Origin: a virus | Reading direction: 5' to 3' (one strand) | IMG/VR virus record: IMGVR_UViG_3300049734_000491 | Span: 63,993-127,992 of that record | DNA length: 64,000 nt | In this document: piece by piece, positions 1 to 9,825 of the stretch | Layout of the letters: every line of letters starts with the position of its first letter | How positions within the stretch are numbered: position 1 is the stretch's first letter | Translations under genes and position numbers: made by a program | The notes under the pieces: generated by a model | What the model was told of the DNA's origin: nothing | Seen by the model: the letters and a program-made list of their open reading frames with translations, nothing else | Databases searched by the model: none

Positions 1-81
1 CCGCGGCAGGTCCGCCATCCCGGCATCAAGGCCAACCCGTTCCTGACCGACGCCCTGCAGAAGGTGTTCGGACACCTCTGA
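1..81 (+). CDS. 3' end of an HK97 gp10-like neck/tail-completion protein (partial)
   Basis: Frame 1 reads ...VRHPGIKANPFLTDALQKVFGHL*, a C-terminus typical of actinophage gp10-like proteins; lies just upstream of the tail chaperone. Confidence 0.55.
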   Translation, partial: PRQVRHPGIKANPFLTDALQKVFGHL

Positions 82-293
82 TCCCAGCTCAGCCAACTGG
101 TAGCGTTGGAGGTACTCCGACGACATCGGTCCCAGGTGGACCACCCTCGGATGGCCCGGCAGGACCGCCGTGTGCCATCCCATCAGGATGGGACCTGCAT
201 GTTCTCGTCGGCATCGCCACTCCAGAACCTCGTGCTTGGTACCGTCCCACGGAGCCAGATCACCGACCACGAGCAGGTTCAGGAGACACGACC

Positions 294-653
294 ATGGTCA
301 AGCGCAGGTCATTCGGGACAGTCCAACAGCCCCTCGAGCCCATCGAGATCGAGGTCAACGGCGAGGTCTTCACGGTCAACCAGAAGATCCCCGGACCCAC
401 GATGCTCAACTTCCTGGCTGGGGCCGACGAGACCCGTCCCGACAAGATGGCTGCGTCCCTGCAGCAGTTCCTCCAGATCGCCATCGAGTACGAGGATCGG
501 GAGCGCTGGGAGAAGTTCATCGAGAACCCCGACAACGGGGTCACGCTCGACATCCTGGCTGAGATCGCCGGCTACCTCGTCGAGACCCTCAGCGGAGGGG
601 GTGAGGCAACCCGCCCTACCCCGCCGTCGTCGCCGTCTACCTCTCCCTCCTAG
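294..653 (+). CDS. Tail assembly chaperone (gpG-like)
   Basis: 119 aa, AGGAG RBS, two ORFs upstream of the tape measure gene, ends ...TRPTPPS. Confidence 0.75.
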   Translation: MVKRRSFGTVQQPLEPIEIEVNGEVFTVNQKIPGPTMLNFLAGADETRPDKMAASLQQFLQIAIEYEDRERWEKFIENPDNGVTLDILAEIAGYLVETLSGGGEATRPTPPSSPSTSPS

Positions 654-973
654 AGAACTGGGAGGAGGTGAGCGGCCGGTACACGATGGCGACCGGCCTG
701 CGCCTCGAGGATCTCGAGGCCGACCTGTTGTTCAACGTCGCCATGGCCGAGTTGTACCGCCATGCCGAGCTATCGGCCGAGGCGCACTTCGCCCGCAGCC
801 AGGTCGAATTGGCCATCCTGAAGGCGACCCAGCCAGTCGAGGAACCCGCGATCCCGGATTGGGGGATCCCCACCGCCGACCAGTTGGGTCCCCAGATGGA
901 TCTCTCCAACATCCCGACAGGGCGGCAGATGGGGTCCTTCGACGATCTCGTCCTCAACGAACCGCTCCTTTGA
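605..973 (+). CDS. Tail assembly chaperone extension (gpT-like), probably reached by -1 frameshift
   Basis: The -1 frame is open from 605 to 973, overlaps the chaperone 3' end and precedes the tape measure gene. Confidence 0.6.
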   Translation, partial: GNPPYPAVVAVYLSLLENWEEVSGRYTMATGLRLEDLEADLLFNVAMAELYRHAELSAEAHFARSQVELAILKATQPVEEPAIPDWGIPTADQLGPQMDLSNIPTGRQMGSFDDLVLNEPLL

Positions 974-991
974 TCGACAGGACGGCCAGCC

Positions 992-3900
992 ATGCCTGAA
1001 ATCGTCGGTACCGCGTATGTGCGGATCAAGGCCATCACCGACGGGGTGGCCAAGGACATCCAGTCCGGTCTGGACAAAGGTGCTGCCGATGTCGACGGCT
1101 CGGGGGCCGGCAGGAGAGTCGGCACGACCTTCACCCAGGGTGTGGTCGACGGGATCGACAAGGGTGGGGACGACGTCGATGCCAAACTCGGGTCGCTCGG
1201 CAAGGACGCCGATGACTCAAGTGGTTTCACCTTCGCCCAGAGATGGGCATCCAAGTTCTACCTCGGGCTCGAGAAGGCGACTGACAAGAAGAAGGAAGAC
1301 GGCTTCTTCAAGGGTCTGACCAAGAACCTCGACAAGCTCAACGACAAGCTGAAGGTTCCGAGAATTGCCCTCGCCGGCCTCTTCGGCGCACCGGCGATCG
1401 GTGGAGCGGTCCAGGCACTCGGGGGCTACATCGTCTCGATCGTCGGCCAACTCGGATACCTGAGCACCGCTGCGATCGGTGCAGCAGCCGGCATCACGGG
1501 AGCCTTCGGTGCCGCGGCGTTGGCCATCGGTCCGCTCATGCTGGCCTTCAAGGCTCAGACACCGGAGTTGGACGTCTTCCAGGCCAAGGCCTCGGCGATC
1601 GGTGACATCTGGAAGGACGTGGGTGTCGCCACCCAGAAGTACCTGCTCCCTGCCCTGACCGAGGCCATGGAGTCGTCGCTCGAGTTGGTGCCGACCTTCG
1701 AGGTCTTCGGAGAGAGCATCGGCGCCGTCTCGGGGATGCTCGCCAAGTTCGCGACGGAGATGTTGACCTCGAACCAGGTCAGCGAGCTCCTGCACAACAT
1801 CCTCGATGCCGCGATCCCGATCTTCGAGTCGTTGGGTCTGGCAGCGGTCGCCTTCGCCAGAGGGATGCTCGAGCTGTTCGATGCGGTGATCCCCTTGGCC
1901 TCACGGTTCGCCGGCACGATCCAGCACATGGCAGGGCAGTTCGCCCTGTTCATGACGGCGCAGAACCGCTCCGGTCAGCTGACCCAGACGCTCACCGAGT
2001 GGTACGACCGAGCCGAGTTGGTGGGCCAGGCGTTCATCGACTTCGGCAAGATCATCTGGAACGTGTTCAAGGTCGGTGCTGACGCAGCCACGCCGTTCTT
2101 CGAGACGTTTGCTGCGTTCGCCCAGAAGTGGGCCGACTTCTCGAAGACCGAGGTCGGGCAGGCCAAGATCAAGGGGATCTTCGAGGAGGCGGTCCCCGTC
2201 GCCCAGTCGATCAATGCCCTGCTACGGGACATCATCGGCTGGATCGTCCAACCGATCGGTAAGGACAGCTCGGGGATCGTCCGGTTCTTCGACACCCTGC
2301 GGACGGTCATGCTGCCGTCGATCCAGAAGATCGCCGAACAACTCACCGGAAACTTGTCTGGGGCCCTGGACACCTTCGTGCAGTCCATCCTGGGATTCCT
2401 GGAGGCAACTGCCTCTTCCGGATCACTTGAGGCATTCTTCGGGGTTCTCGGTCAGGTCCTCAACGTCCTCACCGCCATCATGCAGATCCCGGGGCTGGAC
2501 ACCTTCGTCGGCCTCATGCTGACCCTCGGCGGGGCGTTCAAGGCCGTCCACTTCGCGGCGAAGCCGTTCATCGCGGTCATGACCGGCTTCAAGGATCTCC
2601 TCTCGAGCAGCATGGGCAAGGCAGCGTTCAAGCCGGTGATCGAGGGCTTCGAGGCGTTCATCACCAACCCGAAGGGCGGTCTGACGGCGGCCAAGGACGG
2701 ACTCAGCACGTTCATCGGGTCCATCGGCGGAGTTGGCCTCGCCATGGGCGGGATCACCATCGCGGCCGCGGTCGGGGCTGCGGCCTTCATGGCGTGGCAG
2801 ACCAACGTCAAACGAGTTGAACAAGAGTCGAAGACCTTCGCCCAGACCCTCCTGAACGGCGGTGACGCCCTCGAGGAGCTCGACAAGAGCTACCGGAACA
2901 TCCTCAACACCCGGCAGTCCTTCGACTCCTCGATGGAGAAGAGTGGGATCAGCATCGCCCGTGTCACCAACTTGGTCAACGAGAACACCGGTGACGTGGA
3001 CAAGTTCCGGGCGGCATGGCACCACGCCGGAGGTGGCTTCAAGCAGTTCCGTGAGGAGGGCGGCAAGGTCCCCGCCTCGATGCAGGGCATCATCGCCCAC
3101 CTCGAGAAGCTGGGCGAAGCCGGCACCATGAGCCAGGGCGAGATCAATGAGGTCATCGACGGGATGACCGATCTCGACAAGCAGGCCCAGGCAGCCCAAG
3201 CTGGGATCGCAGCCCAAGCAGATCAACTGCTCAAGGCGGGAGAGGCTGCTGGCCTCAGTGCGGATCAGATGAAGTACTTCGCCGAGGCGGCAGATACTTC
3301 TGGGACGCTCGAGGAACAGAACGAGGCGCTACAACAGGGTATCGCTCTGTATCCGGTGATCGCCGAAGAAGCCGGTGTGTCGATGCAGACCATCACCCAG
3401 GTTTCCCAAGAGGTCAACCGGCAGTTCCAGTCCATCATCGACAAGCTCGACAAGTTGGCTGGTCGACAACTCAACGCTGATCAGGCCACCAGGGACTTCG
3501 CCCAATCCCAGATCGAGTTGAGCGAGAAGTTCGCCACGACCGGCGGCGTGCTGGCCGGCCAAACCAAAGAGGCCCTCGCCAACCGGGACGCCCTTGATGG
3601 CATGATCGCATCGGGCAAGCGGGCGGCTGAGGCTCAAGCATCGGTTGACTCGACCGGACAGAGTTCGATCGCTACCTTGAAGGGTTTGCAGCAACAGATC
3701 ATCCTGCTCGGACAAGCTGGTGGGTTGAGCACCGACGAGGTCAACGCCCTGCTCGATTCGTTCGGACTCTTGGACGACCAGCAGATCCAGGCCCAGGTGA
3801 GCGTTGCCACCGACCAGGCCATCACCGACACGGAGGCTCTCAAGAAAGAGATCCGTGAGATGGACGGGGTGACCGAGCCGGTGCGGCTCCGTCTCAACGC

Positions 3901-4744
3901 CTTGGTCGACAGCGGTTCCGTTGACCAGGCCAGGGCCGCGATGGAGGCCTTCAAGAAGCAGCAGGCCGCCGAGGACATCCTGCTCGCGGTCCACGGTGAC
4001 ATCTCGAAGGCGGAGAACGACATCTTCGCCCTGTTGGGGTGGACCAAGGAGCAGGACGGCACCGTCAACATCGAGGGCAACAAGTACCCGTACGAGGAGG
4101 CGGTCAAGGCTGCCAAGGAGTACGCCGAGGGCACCACAGGCACCGTCACCATCACCGGTGATGACGGTGAGGCCCGGGTCGTGGCCCAAGGTACGCAGTC
4201 CTACATCAACAGCCTGACCGGAACGATCAACCTCACCGCCACGATCAGGAAGGAAGAGCTCCAGCGGATGACCCGCGAGGCGGCCCGCATCGTGGAGGAT
4301 GCTGCCGGACGGCAGATGACGGTCGGGCAGGCCGACAAGGGCACGTCCCTCATCACGATGGGGGTTGGCGGTGTGGTGATCCCCACTGCCGCAACGGCGT
4401 TCGGGGGTCCGACGTTCAGTCCCGCCGTGGTCGGTACATCACTTCGTTCCACGATCGCACAGGGACGAGCGATGGGGGCCCCGTCCGCCGGCGGCATGTC
4501 CGGTCTGCTGGCCAAGGGCGGGGCGATCGGACCGTTGGCGTCGGGCCACCACGGAGCTGGTGGTGACACCGGATCGGTGGAGGACTCGACGAACGTCGCC
4601 GTGCCGTCGGATGGCGGGGGAAGTGCGACCCCGACGGTCAACATCATCGTGAAGATCGGTGACCGTGACATCACCGACATCGTGGACGTGCAGATGAACG
4701 GGCGGATGGGTCAACTCGCCACAGCGATGAGGAGGGCCGGCTGA
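992..4744 (+). CDS. Tape measure protein
   Basis: 1250 aa, Ala/Gly-rich and helical; N-terminal VGTAYVRIKA motif; follows the chaperones. Confidence 0.92.
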   Translation: MPEIVGTAYVRIKAITDGVAKDIQSGLDKGAADVDGSGAGRRVGTTFTQGVVDGIDKGGDDVDAKLGSLGKDADDSSGFTFAQRWASKFYLGLEKATDKKKEDGFFKGLTKNLDKLNDKLKVPRIALAGLFGAPAIGGAVQALGGYIVSIVGQLGYLSTAAIGAAAGITGAFGAAALAIGPLMLAFKAQTPELDVFQAKASAIGDIWKDVGVATQKYLLPALTEAMESSLELVPTFEVFGESIGAVSGMLAKFATEMLTSNQVSELLHNILDAAIPIFESLGLAAVAFARGMLELFDAVIPLASRFAGTIQHMAGQFALFMTAQNRSGQLTQTLTEWYDRAELVGQAFIDFGKIIWNVFKVGADAATPFFETFAAFAQKWADFSKTEVGQAKIKGIFEEAVPVAQSINALLRDIIGWIVQPIGKDSSGIVRFFDTLRTVMLPSIQKIAEQLTGNLSGALDTFVQSILGFLEATASSGSLEAFFGVLGQVLNVLTAIMQIPGLDTFVGLMLTLGGAFKAVHFAAKPFIAVMTGFKDLLSSSMGKAAFKPVIEGFEAFITNPKGGLTAAKDGLSTFIGSIGGVGLAMGGITIAAAVGAAAFMAWQTNVKRVEQESKTFAQTLLNGGDALEELDKSYRNILNTRQSFDSSMEKSGISIARVTNLVNENTGDVDKFRAAWHHAGGGFKQFREEGGKVPASMQGIIAHLEKLGEAGTMSQGEINEVIDGMTDLDKQAQAAQAGIAAQADQLLKAGEAAGLSADQMKYFAEAADTSGTLEEQNEALQQGIALYPVIAEEAGVSMQTITQVSQEVNRQFQSIIDKLDKLAGRQLNADQATRDFAQSQIELSEKFATTGGVLAGQTKEALANRDALDGMIASGKRAAEAQASVDSTGQSSIATLKGLQQQIILLGQAGGLSTDEVNALLDSFGLLDDQQIQAQVSVATDQAITDTEALKKEIREMDGVTEPVRLRLNALVDSGSVDQARAAMEAFKKQQAAEDILLAVHGDISKAENDIFALLGWTKEQDGTVNIEGNKYPYEEAVKAAKEYAEGTTGTVTITGDDGEARVVAQGTQSYINSLTGTINLTATIRKEELQRMTREAARIVEDAAGRQMTVGQADKGTSLITMGVGGVVIPTAATAFGGPTFSPAVVGTSLRSTIAQGRAMGAPSAGGMSGLLAKGGAIGPLASGHHGAGGDTGSVEDSTNVAVPSDGGGSATPTVNIIVKIGDRDITDIVDVQMNGRMGQLATAMRRAG

Positions 4745-7700
4745 TGGCGATCAAGTTCAAGGGTCTGTCATCGGTTCCACTTGGGACTCGGACCAACACC
4801 ACGTTCAGCATCCCATCTGGAATTGATAATGGTGACGTTCTCATCCTCGTGTTCCTGACGAGGAACCAGGGCGAGGCAGTCGATCCCAGTGGACTCACCA
4901 GCGCATCGGTCGGCTGGAACGAGCACGGATCCTCTCCCTGGTCAGTCACGACAGCTTCCGGCGTGGAAGCCGAGATGCGGCTGTACAGCAAGACCGCCCG
5001 CAACGAACCGACGACGTACACGGCAACACACGCAGAATCTGAAACACAGGTCGTGTGCCTGCACTACACGGGCATCAGCACCCTCGACGTCAGCTACGAC
5101 GGCGGTCTGTCCGCAACCGGTGCTGGTTCAACTTCGACAGTGCCGGACAACCAGTCCGACCGAAATCCCGAGAACTTCATCTTGTGGCTCGGCTGTGACT
5201 GGGCCGACAACGCCAACGATCGTCGACCACCTTCCGGAGACGATCCCACCTTCACCGAACGATTCGATTCCCAACTCCTCTACGTCGCGGACGGCGTGAA
5301 GACCCAACGAGGAGTTATTGGAGTTCGATCAACGACCAACCAGTCCAGTGCCACGAACTCGTGGATCGCTGCGATGCCGAACTACCGGTCAGAGAGGTCT
5401 GATGGCGGGTACCTCGGCACAACCGGTACCACGTTGGAGGCACAGAACACTGTGCCATCAGCGACGCTGAAGGTGCCGAGCACGGGGTATCCGGTTGGGA
5501 CCACGCTGATAGCGCTGCTCGGAACTGAGCACGTTGATCCCCCCGTCATGTCCGCCAGTGATGTTCGGGGGAACGTCTGGACGTTGCTTCAGTCCGCCCA
5601 AACAGACCCCAGAGAGCTTGCTGGACACCTGCTCACCACCAAGGTCACGACAGCACTCCAACCCAATGACCTCATCACGTTCACGACGAGCATCCCCACC
5701 TACCGCTGGGTCATCACCCTCTCTGCTTTCAGCGACGATCTCACGCCTACCACAGGTGCTGCAACCAACTACAACAACTCGTCGGTCAACGATCTTCTCG
5801 TCCAGCTCAACACGACTGCCCCAAACAGTTTGGTCTTCGGTGGCCACGTCGTTGATCCGAACAGCGTCGGTGTCCAAGCCATCGACGTCGATGCGAATGC
5901 CTGCCAGACCTGGCCGCTCTACACCCCCTATCCAGCAGGGACGTTCGACTACGTCCAGGTCACGGGCCAGTACCAGTACGTCGGACCGGGACTCTTCAAC
6001 TTCAGGGCACGGCAGAGGGGTGTGTCCGGAAGTGCCGTCACGCTCGCTCATGCTTTCACAACGTCGCTACCACCAGCAGAATCACAATCACCGATCCAGC
6101 TCCGTAGCTACACGTCCGTACCTCGAGCACTTCGCACCAACACCGTCGTCGACTACCCAGCCGGCGTGCAACCGAGCGACCGGTTGTATCTCGTCTTCAC
6201 GTCAGAGAACCTCACCGAAGCGGTTGATCCATCAGTTGGAAGCTCTGGCTGGGAGCTGATAACCAGCGCCTTGGGTGCCACCGTGGCTGGCACCGAGATG
6301 GAAACCCGTGTGTACGGGAAGAACCACTACGGCGAAGCGTCATCCCTGACACTGACTCACGCCGAATCAACCACCCAAGCGGTCATGGTGGCGTACTCCG
6401 GTGCCGCCAACCTGCGGGGCGTCACTTGGTTGACCCAAACGGGGACAGGAACATCGTCCACGCTTGCCAACACCCAAATCGAAGTCCCCAACGGGAAGGC
6501 TGTGTCGTTTTCCTGGGATTGGGGTGATGGAGGCAGGGCGAGAATTCCACCCTCAGGCTATACTGCACGCTTCGATTCTGAGCGTCTGTATGTCGTGGAT
6601 TCCCCGATGCGATATGTCGGGCAAACCACAGCCAGGGCACTTACGAACAACTCGTTGGCAACCTCGCCGTGGGGAACATGGCACGGCAGCCTCGATCCGC
6701 AACTGAGGGTCGGCGGACACGTCAACACCACTGGCGCAATCCGCTCAGGTTCATCGACAACGGGAACCTGTGTCGTGCCCCCCGGCGGATATCCGGTTGG
6801 AATCAACCTCTTCGCTCTGATCTCGACCAGCCACGCAGCAGCGACGACCATGACGGCCAGCGATCCCGGTGGCAACACCTGGAACATGGTGCAGTCCACA
6901 ACGAACACGGTCGGGGGAATCTCCCTCTACCTGCTGTGGACGAAGGTCACTACGGCCCTCACTGAAGGTCAGGTCATCACTTTCACTTCTGGAACAGCCG
7001 CTACGAAGTTCGCTGTCAACCTGTCTGCGTTCACCGGCAACCTGATCCCGACCACTGGTACAGCAAACAATTACAACAACACAACAGGCGTCGGAGCGAA
7101 CAACACCCTCACCTCAGGAATGGTCACCACGACGGCCGACCAGTCGCTGTTGATCGGTGGTCACGGTCACGTCTCGTCGACTCTTGTTGTCCTGCCGTCC
7201 GATGGAGGCATCGGTACGTTCAGGGTTAGCACATTCGGTGGATCTGACAGGGTCGCACAAGGTCAGTACAAGTACGTTGGTCCGGGTACGACAGATCTTC
7301 ATGCTGATGCTGTCTCGAACGGGACGTTCGTCTCCCTCGCTCAAGCGTTCGAGGTCGGACCGGACACCGTTCCGACAACGCCCGTCCCACCCGGCGAAGC
7401 CATCGAACCGAATCCAAGTTACGCATATGCAGCCGGTCGTGACTACGGCTTCTACCTGGACAAGAACGGCGAGCTCAAGGTCTTCGGGGCCCTGTGGTCC
7501 TACAACCTGCCCCAGTCCGATGGGCAGCCGTACCTCGGCAACAAGGCGGTCATCGCCGTCGAGGAACCGGAGGAGGGAGGAGTACGCCCCCAGGCCGGTG
7601 GCTTCATGCTGGGCTACGAGGGCCACGTCATCGGGATCGGGTACTACGACCAGGACTACTGGCGGGGCTTCCCGCCCGACGAGCAGCAGGACACACCTGA

Positions 7701-9825
7701 GCTCCAGATCACCGAGGGTGTCTCCGGCTACACCGCCATCGCGGGCAGCTCGCAGATGGGGACGTGGGCGCTGGACTCTGTCGGCCAACCCCAGTTGGTC
7801 TACATCTCCCCGCTGGCCACGAACTACACGGCGATCTTGGCTGGGGTCTTCCCCCGACCCAAGCCCAGTGGCTCCGGCTACGTCGGGATCGCGGTCGGCT
7901 CCAACAACGTGTACCTCCTTGATGCAGCCGGTGGCCTCTCGGCGTTCGGATTCGGGCTTCCTCCGGCGGGGGGTGCTGGGCCCAGCGGTGGCAAGTGGAT
8001 CAAGGTGGTGGCCAGCGCCACCCACTACGGAGTGCTCTCCGACCAAGGTCAGATCTACTGGGACATCGAGGTTCCCGGCGACAACGCCACGATCGCCGCC
8101 ATCCAGGCCCCGCCGACGGAGAAGATCTTCGCTGACGTCGCCGTGGGGTACCACCACACCTACGCGTTGCTGAATGCCAGCCAGACAGCTCCAGGCCAGG
8201 TCTATGGGTACGGCACGCCCTGGAACACGAACATCGGTGAACACACCGTCCTGACCAACCCCGGACACACCGGCATCGGCGCCGGACCACCGGTCGGAAC
8301 TTGGGGATTCGCGGTCGTCTCCGAGACCGATACCCGTCCCTTCGGCCTCACCGTGTTCGGACCGGATGCTCCTGACATCCCACCGGCCACCTCGGCCCCG
8401 GGGGCACCGAACAACTTCAGGGTCATCAACTACAACGGAAGTACCGACACCGGCGGGACCCACAACACGGTGACTCTCGAGTGGGAGCGTCCGCTGTCCG
8501 GTCAGATGCCGGCCTGGTACGAGATCACCTACACACCCATGACCGAGGGGGCCCCGCCGACCTCCCCACCGATTGGGTCGGTCATCGCGACCGTTCCGGA
8601 CAACGGAGAGGTCCGACAGACGGCAACCATCGAGTTGCCCGCCGGACTGCACGGTCCGATGTACTACATGATCCGTTCGATCGGACAGGGCGGGGTCTCC
8701 GCCGGCGGTGCGTCGTTTTGGGTCCTGACCACCTACGACAACACCCTGTTGCTCGGTGACTGGCGGAAGGTCCGTGTCACCCTCGTCGACTACAGCTGCG
8801 ACCAGGGCGGCTACGTCATCATGTTCGAGATCGACGAGATCGTCGGGGGCACCGACGGATGGACCGGGGCCCAGATCGACTTCGACATGATCCCGGAGGG
8901 AACCTTCTACTTCCCCGTCAACTCGAAGGTCTCCGTCGCCCGTCAGTTCGGACCCTGCATCGCCGGTCGCCCGACCACGGCGTTCCACATCGCCGGCCTC
9001 GAGCACATCACGGTGCCGCCGAGTCCCCAGAACATCGTCAAGGTGATCATCGACTACTCGATCTGCGTCGAGGACGGATACGCATACTGGGTCCATGATG
9101 ACAGCCAGTCGATCCAGAGCGGCAACGAGAACCGGATCGACGTGCCCCCGCTCTACGAGCACTGCAAGACGATGATGCCCAAGGTGCAGTACCTGCGTGA
9201 CCTGCACAGCCCATTCGTCGTCTCGGACTTCTGCCTCGGAGCACTCGACAGCTTCCAGTACGACATCCGTTCCGGTGTGTTCTCCGTGCTCGGACGCCCG
9301 GCTCCGGTGGTGGTGGTCGACTCTCGTTCGACTGCCAGTGGTCAACTCATCTTCATCAACCAAGGGTCTGGGGCAGAAGGACGAAGTGCGCTTCTCGCCC
9401 TACAAGATCTGTTCCGCAGCGGCCACCCCATGCTGCTCCAAGTCTTGAGTGACTACGAGGTCGGCCACGGTGAGTTGTACTTCCAGCCAACTTCCATCAA
9501 CGACCGGTGGATCGGTCCCGACGCTCGTCGACCCGAGCACGCCCTCGAGGTCAACTTCATCGAAATCGATCCCCCCAAGGGTCAGGTCATCCTCTACCAG
9601 ATCGGCATTCCGTTGTCGGCCGAGCCCGGCACGGAGCTGGTGAAGACGCCCGAGTACGTCGACTGGCCCGGTGACACGAACCCGTTGTTCGGGATGAGGT
9701 TCTGTGAGGGTGGCTTGAAGGAGCGATACGACACCTGTGATGGGGTGCTGTACAAGGACATGACGACCGGAACCAAGCGGACCTGCAACGAGGTGTTCCA
9801 CTCACCGGAAATGACGACCTGCTGA
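4744..9825 (+). CDS. Large multidomain tail protein: repeated beta domains, RCC1-like repeats, Fn3-like domain and C-terminal distal-tail-like domain
   Basis: 1693 aa directly after the tape measure gene; internal A-B-A-B repeats; IAVG..H repeats; C-terminal GVFSVLGRPAPVVVVDSRST. Confidence 0.7.
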   Translation: MAIKFKGLSSVPLGTRTNTTFSIPSGIDNGDVLILVFLTRNQGEAVDPSGLTSASVGWNEHGSSPWSVTTASGVEAEMRLYSKTARNEPTTYTATHAESETQVVCLHYTGISTLDVSYDGGLSATGAGSTSTVPDNQSDRNPENFILWLGCDWADNANDRRPPSGDDPTFTERFDSQLLYVADGVKTQRGVIGVRSTTNQSSATNSWIAAMPNYRSERSDGGYLGTTGTTLEAQNTVPSATLKVPSTGYPVGTTLIALLGTEHVDPPVMSASDVRGNVWTLLQSAQTDPRELAGHLLTTKVTTALQPNDLITFTTSIPTYRWVITLSAFSDDLTPTTGAATNYNNSSVNDLLVQLNTTAPNSLVFGGHVVDPNSVGVQAIDVDANACQTWPLYTPYPAGTFDYVQVTGQYQYVGPGLFNFRARQRGVSGSAVTLAHAFTTSLPPAESQSPIQLRSYTSVPRALRTNTVVDYPAGVQPSDRLYLVFTSENLTEAVDPSVGSSGWELITSALGATVAGTEMETRVYGKNHYGEASSLTLTHAESTTQAVMVAYSGAANLRGVTWLTQTGTGTSSTLANTQIEVPNGKAVSFSWDWGDGGRARIPPSGYTARFDSERLYVVDSPMRYVGQTTARALTNNSLATSPWGTWHGSLDPQLRVGGHVNTTGAIRSGSSTTGTCVVPPGGYPVGINLFALISTSHAAATTMTASDPGGNTWNMVQSTTNTVGGISLYLLWTKVTTALTEGQVITFTSGTAATKFAVNLSAFTGNLIPTTGTANNYNNTTGVGANNTLTSGMVTTTADQSLLIGGHGHVSSTLVVLPSDGGIGTFRVSTFGGSDRVAQGQYKYVGPGTTDLHADAVSNGTFVSLAQAFEVGPDTVPTTPVPPGEAIEPNPSYAYAAGRDYGFYLDKNGELKVFGALWSYNLPQSDGQPYLGNKAVIAVEEPEEGGVRPQAGGFMLGYEGHVIGIGYYDQDYWRGFPPDEQQDTPELQITEGVSGYTAIAGSSQMGTWALDSVGQPQLVYISPLATNYTAILAGVFPRPKPSGSGYVGIAVGSNNVYLLDAAGGLSAFGFGLPPAGGAGPSGGKWIKVVASATHYGVLSDQGQIYWDIEVPGDNATIAAIQAPPTEKIFADVAVGYHHTYALLNASQTAPGQVYGYGTPWNTNIGEHTVLTNPGHTGIGAGPPVGTWGFAVVSETDTRPFGLTVFGPDAPDIPPATSAPGAPNNFRVINYNGSTDTGGTHNTVTLEWERPLSGQMPAWYEITYTPMTEGAPPTSPPIGSVIATVPDNGEVRQTATIELPAGLHGPMYYMIRSIGQGGVSAGGASFWVLTTYDNTLLLGDWRKVRVTLVDYSCDQGGYVIMFEIDEIVGGTDGWTGAQIDFDMIPEGTFYFPVNSKVSVARQFGPCIAGRPTTAFHIAGLEHITVPPSPQNIVKVIIDYSICVEDGYAYWVHDDSQSIQSGNENRIDVPPLYEHCKTMMPKVQYLRDLHSPFVVSDFCLGALDSFQYDIRSGVFSVLGRPAPVVVVDSRSTASGQLIFINQGSGAEGRSALLALQDLFRSGHPMLLQVLSDYEVGHGELYFQPTSINDRWIGPDARRPEHALEVNFIEIDPPKGQVILYQIGIPLSAEPGTELVKTPEYVDWPGDTNPLFGMRFCEGGLKERYDTCDGVLYKDMTTGTKRTCNEVFHSPEMTTC

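Noticed and set aside
7114-9363. Long antisense ORFs (749 aa here; also 13492-14970 and 36728-38311)
   Set aside because: Shadow frames of high-GC genes; no motifs or RBS.
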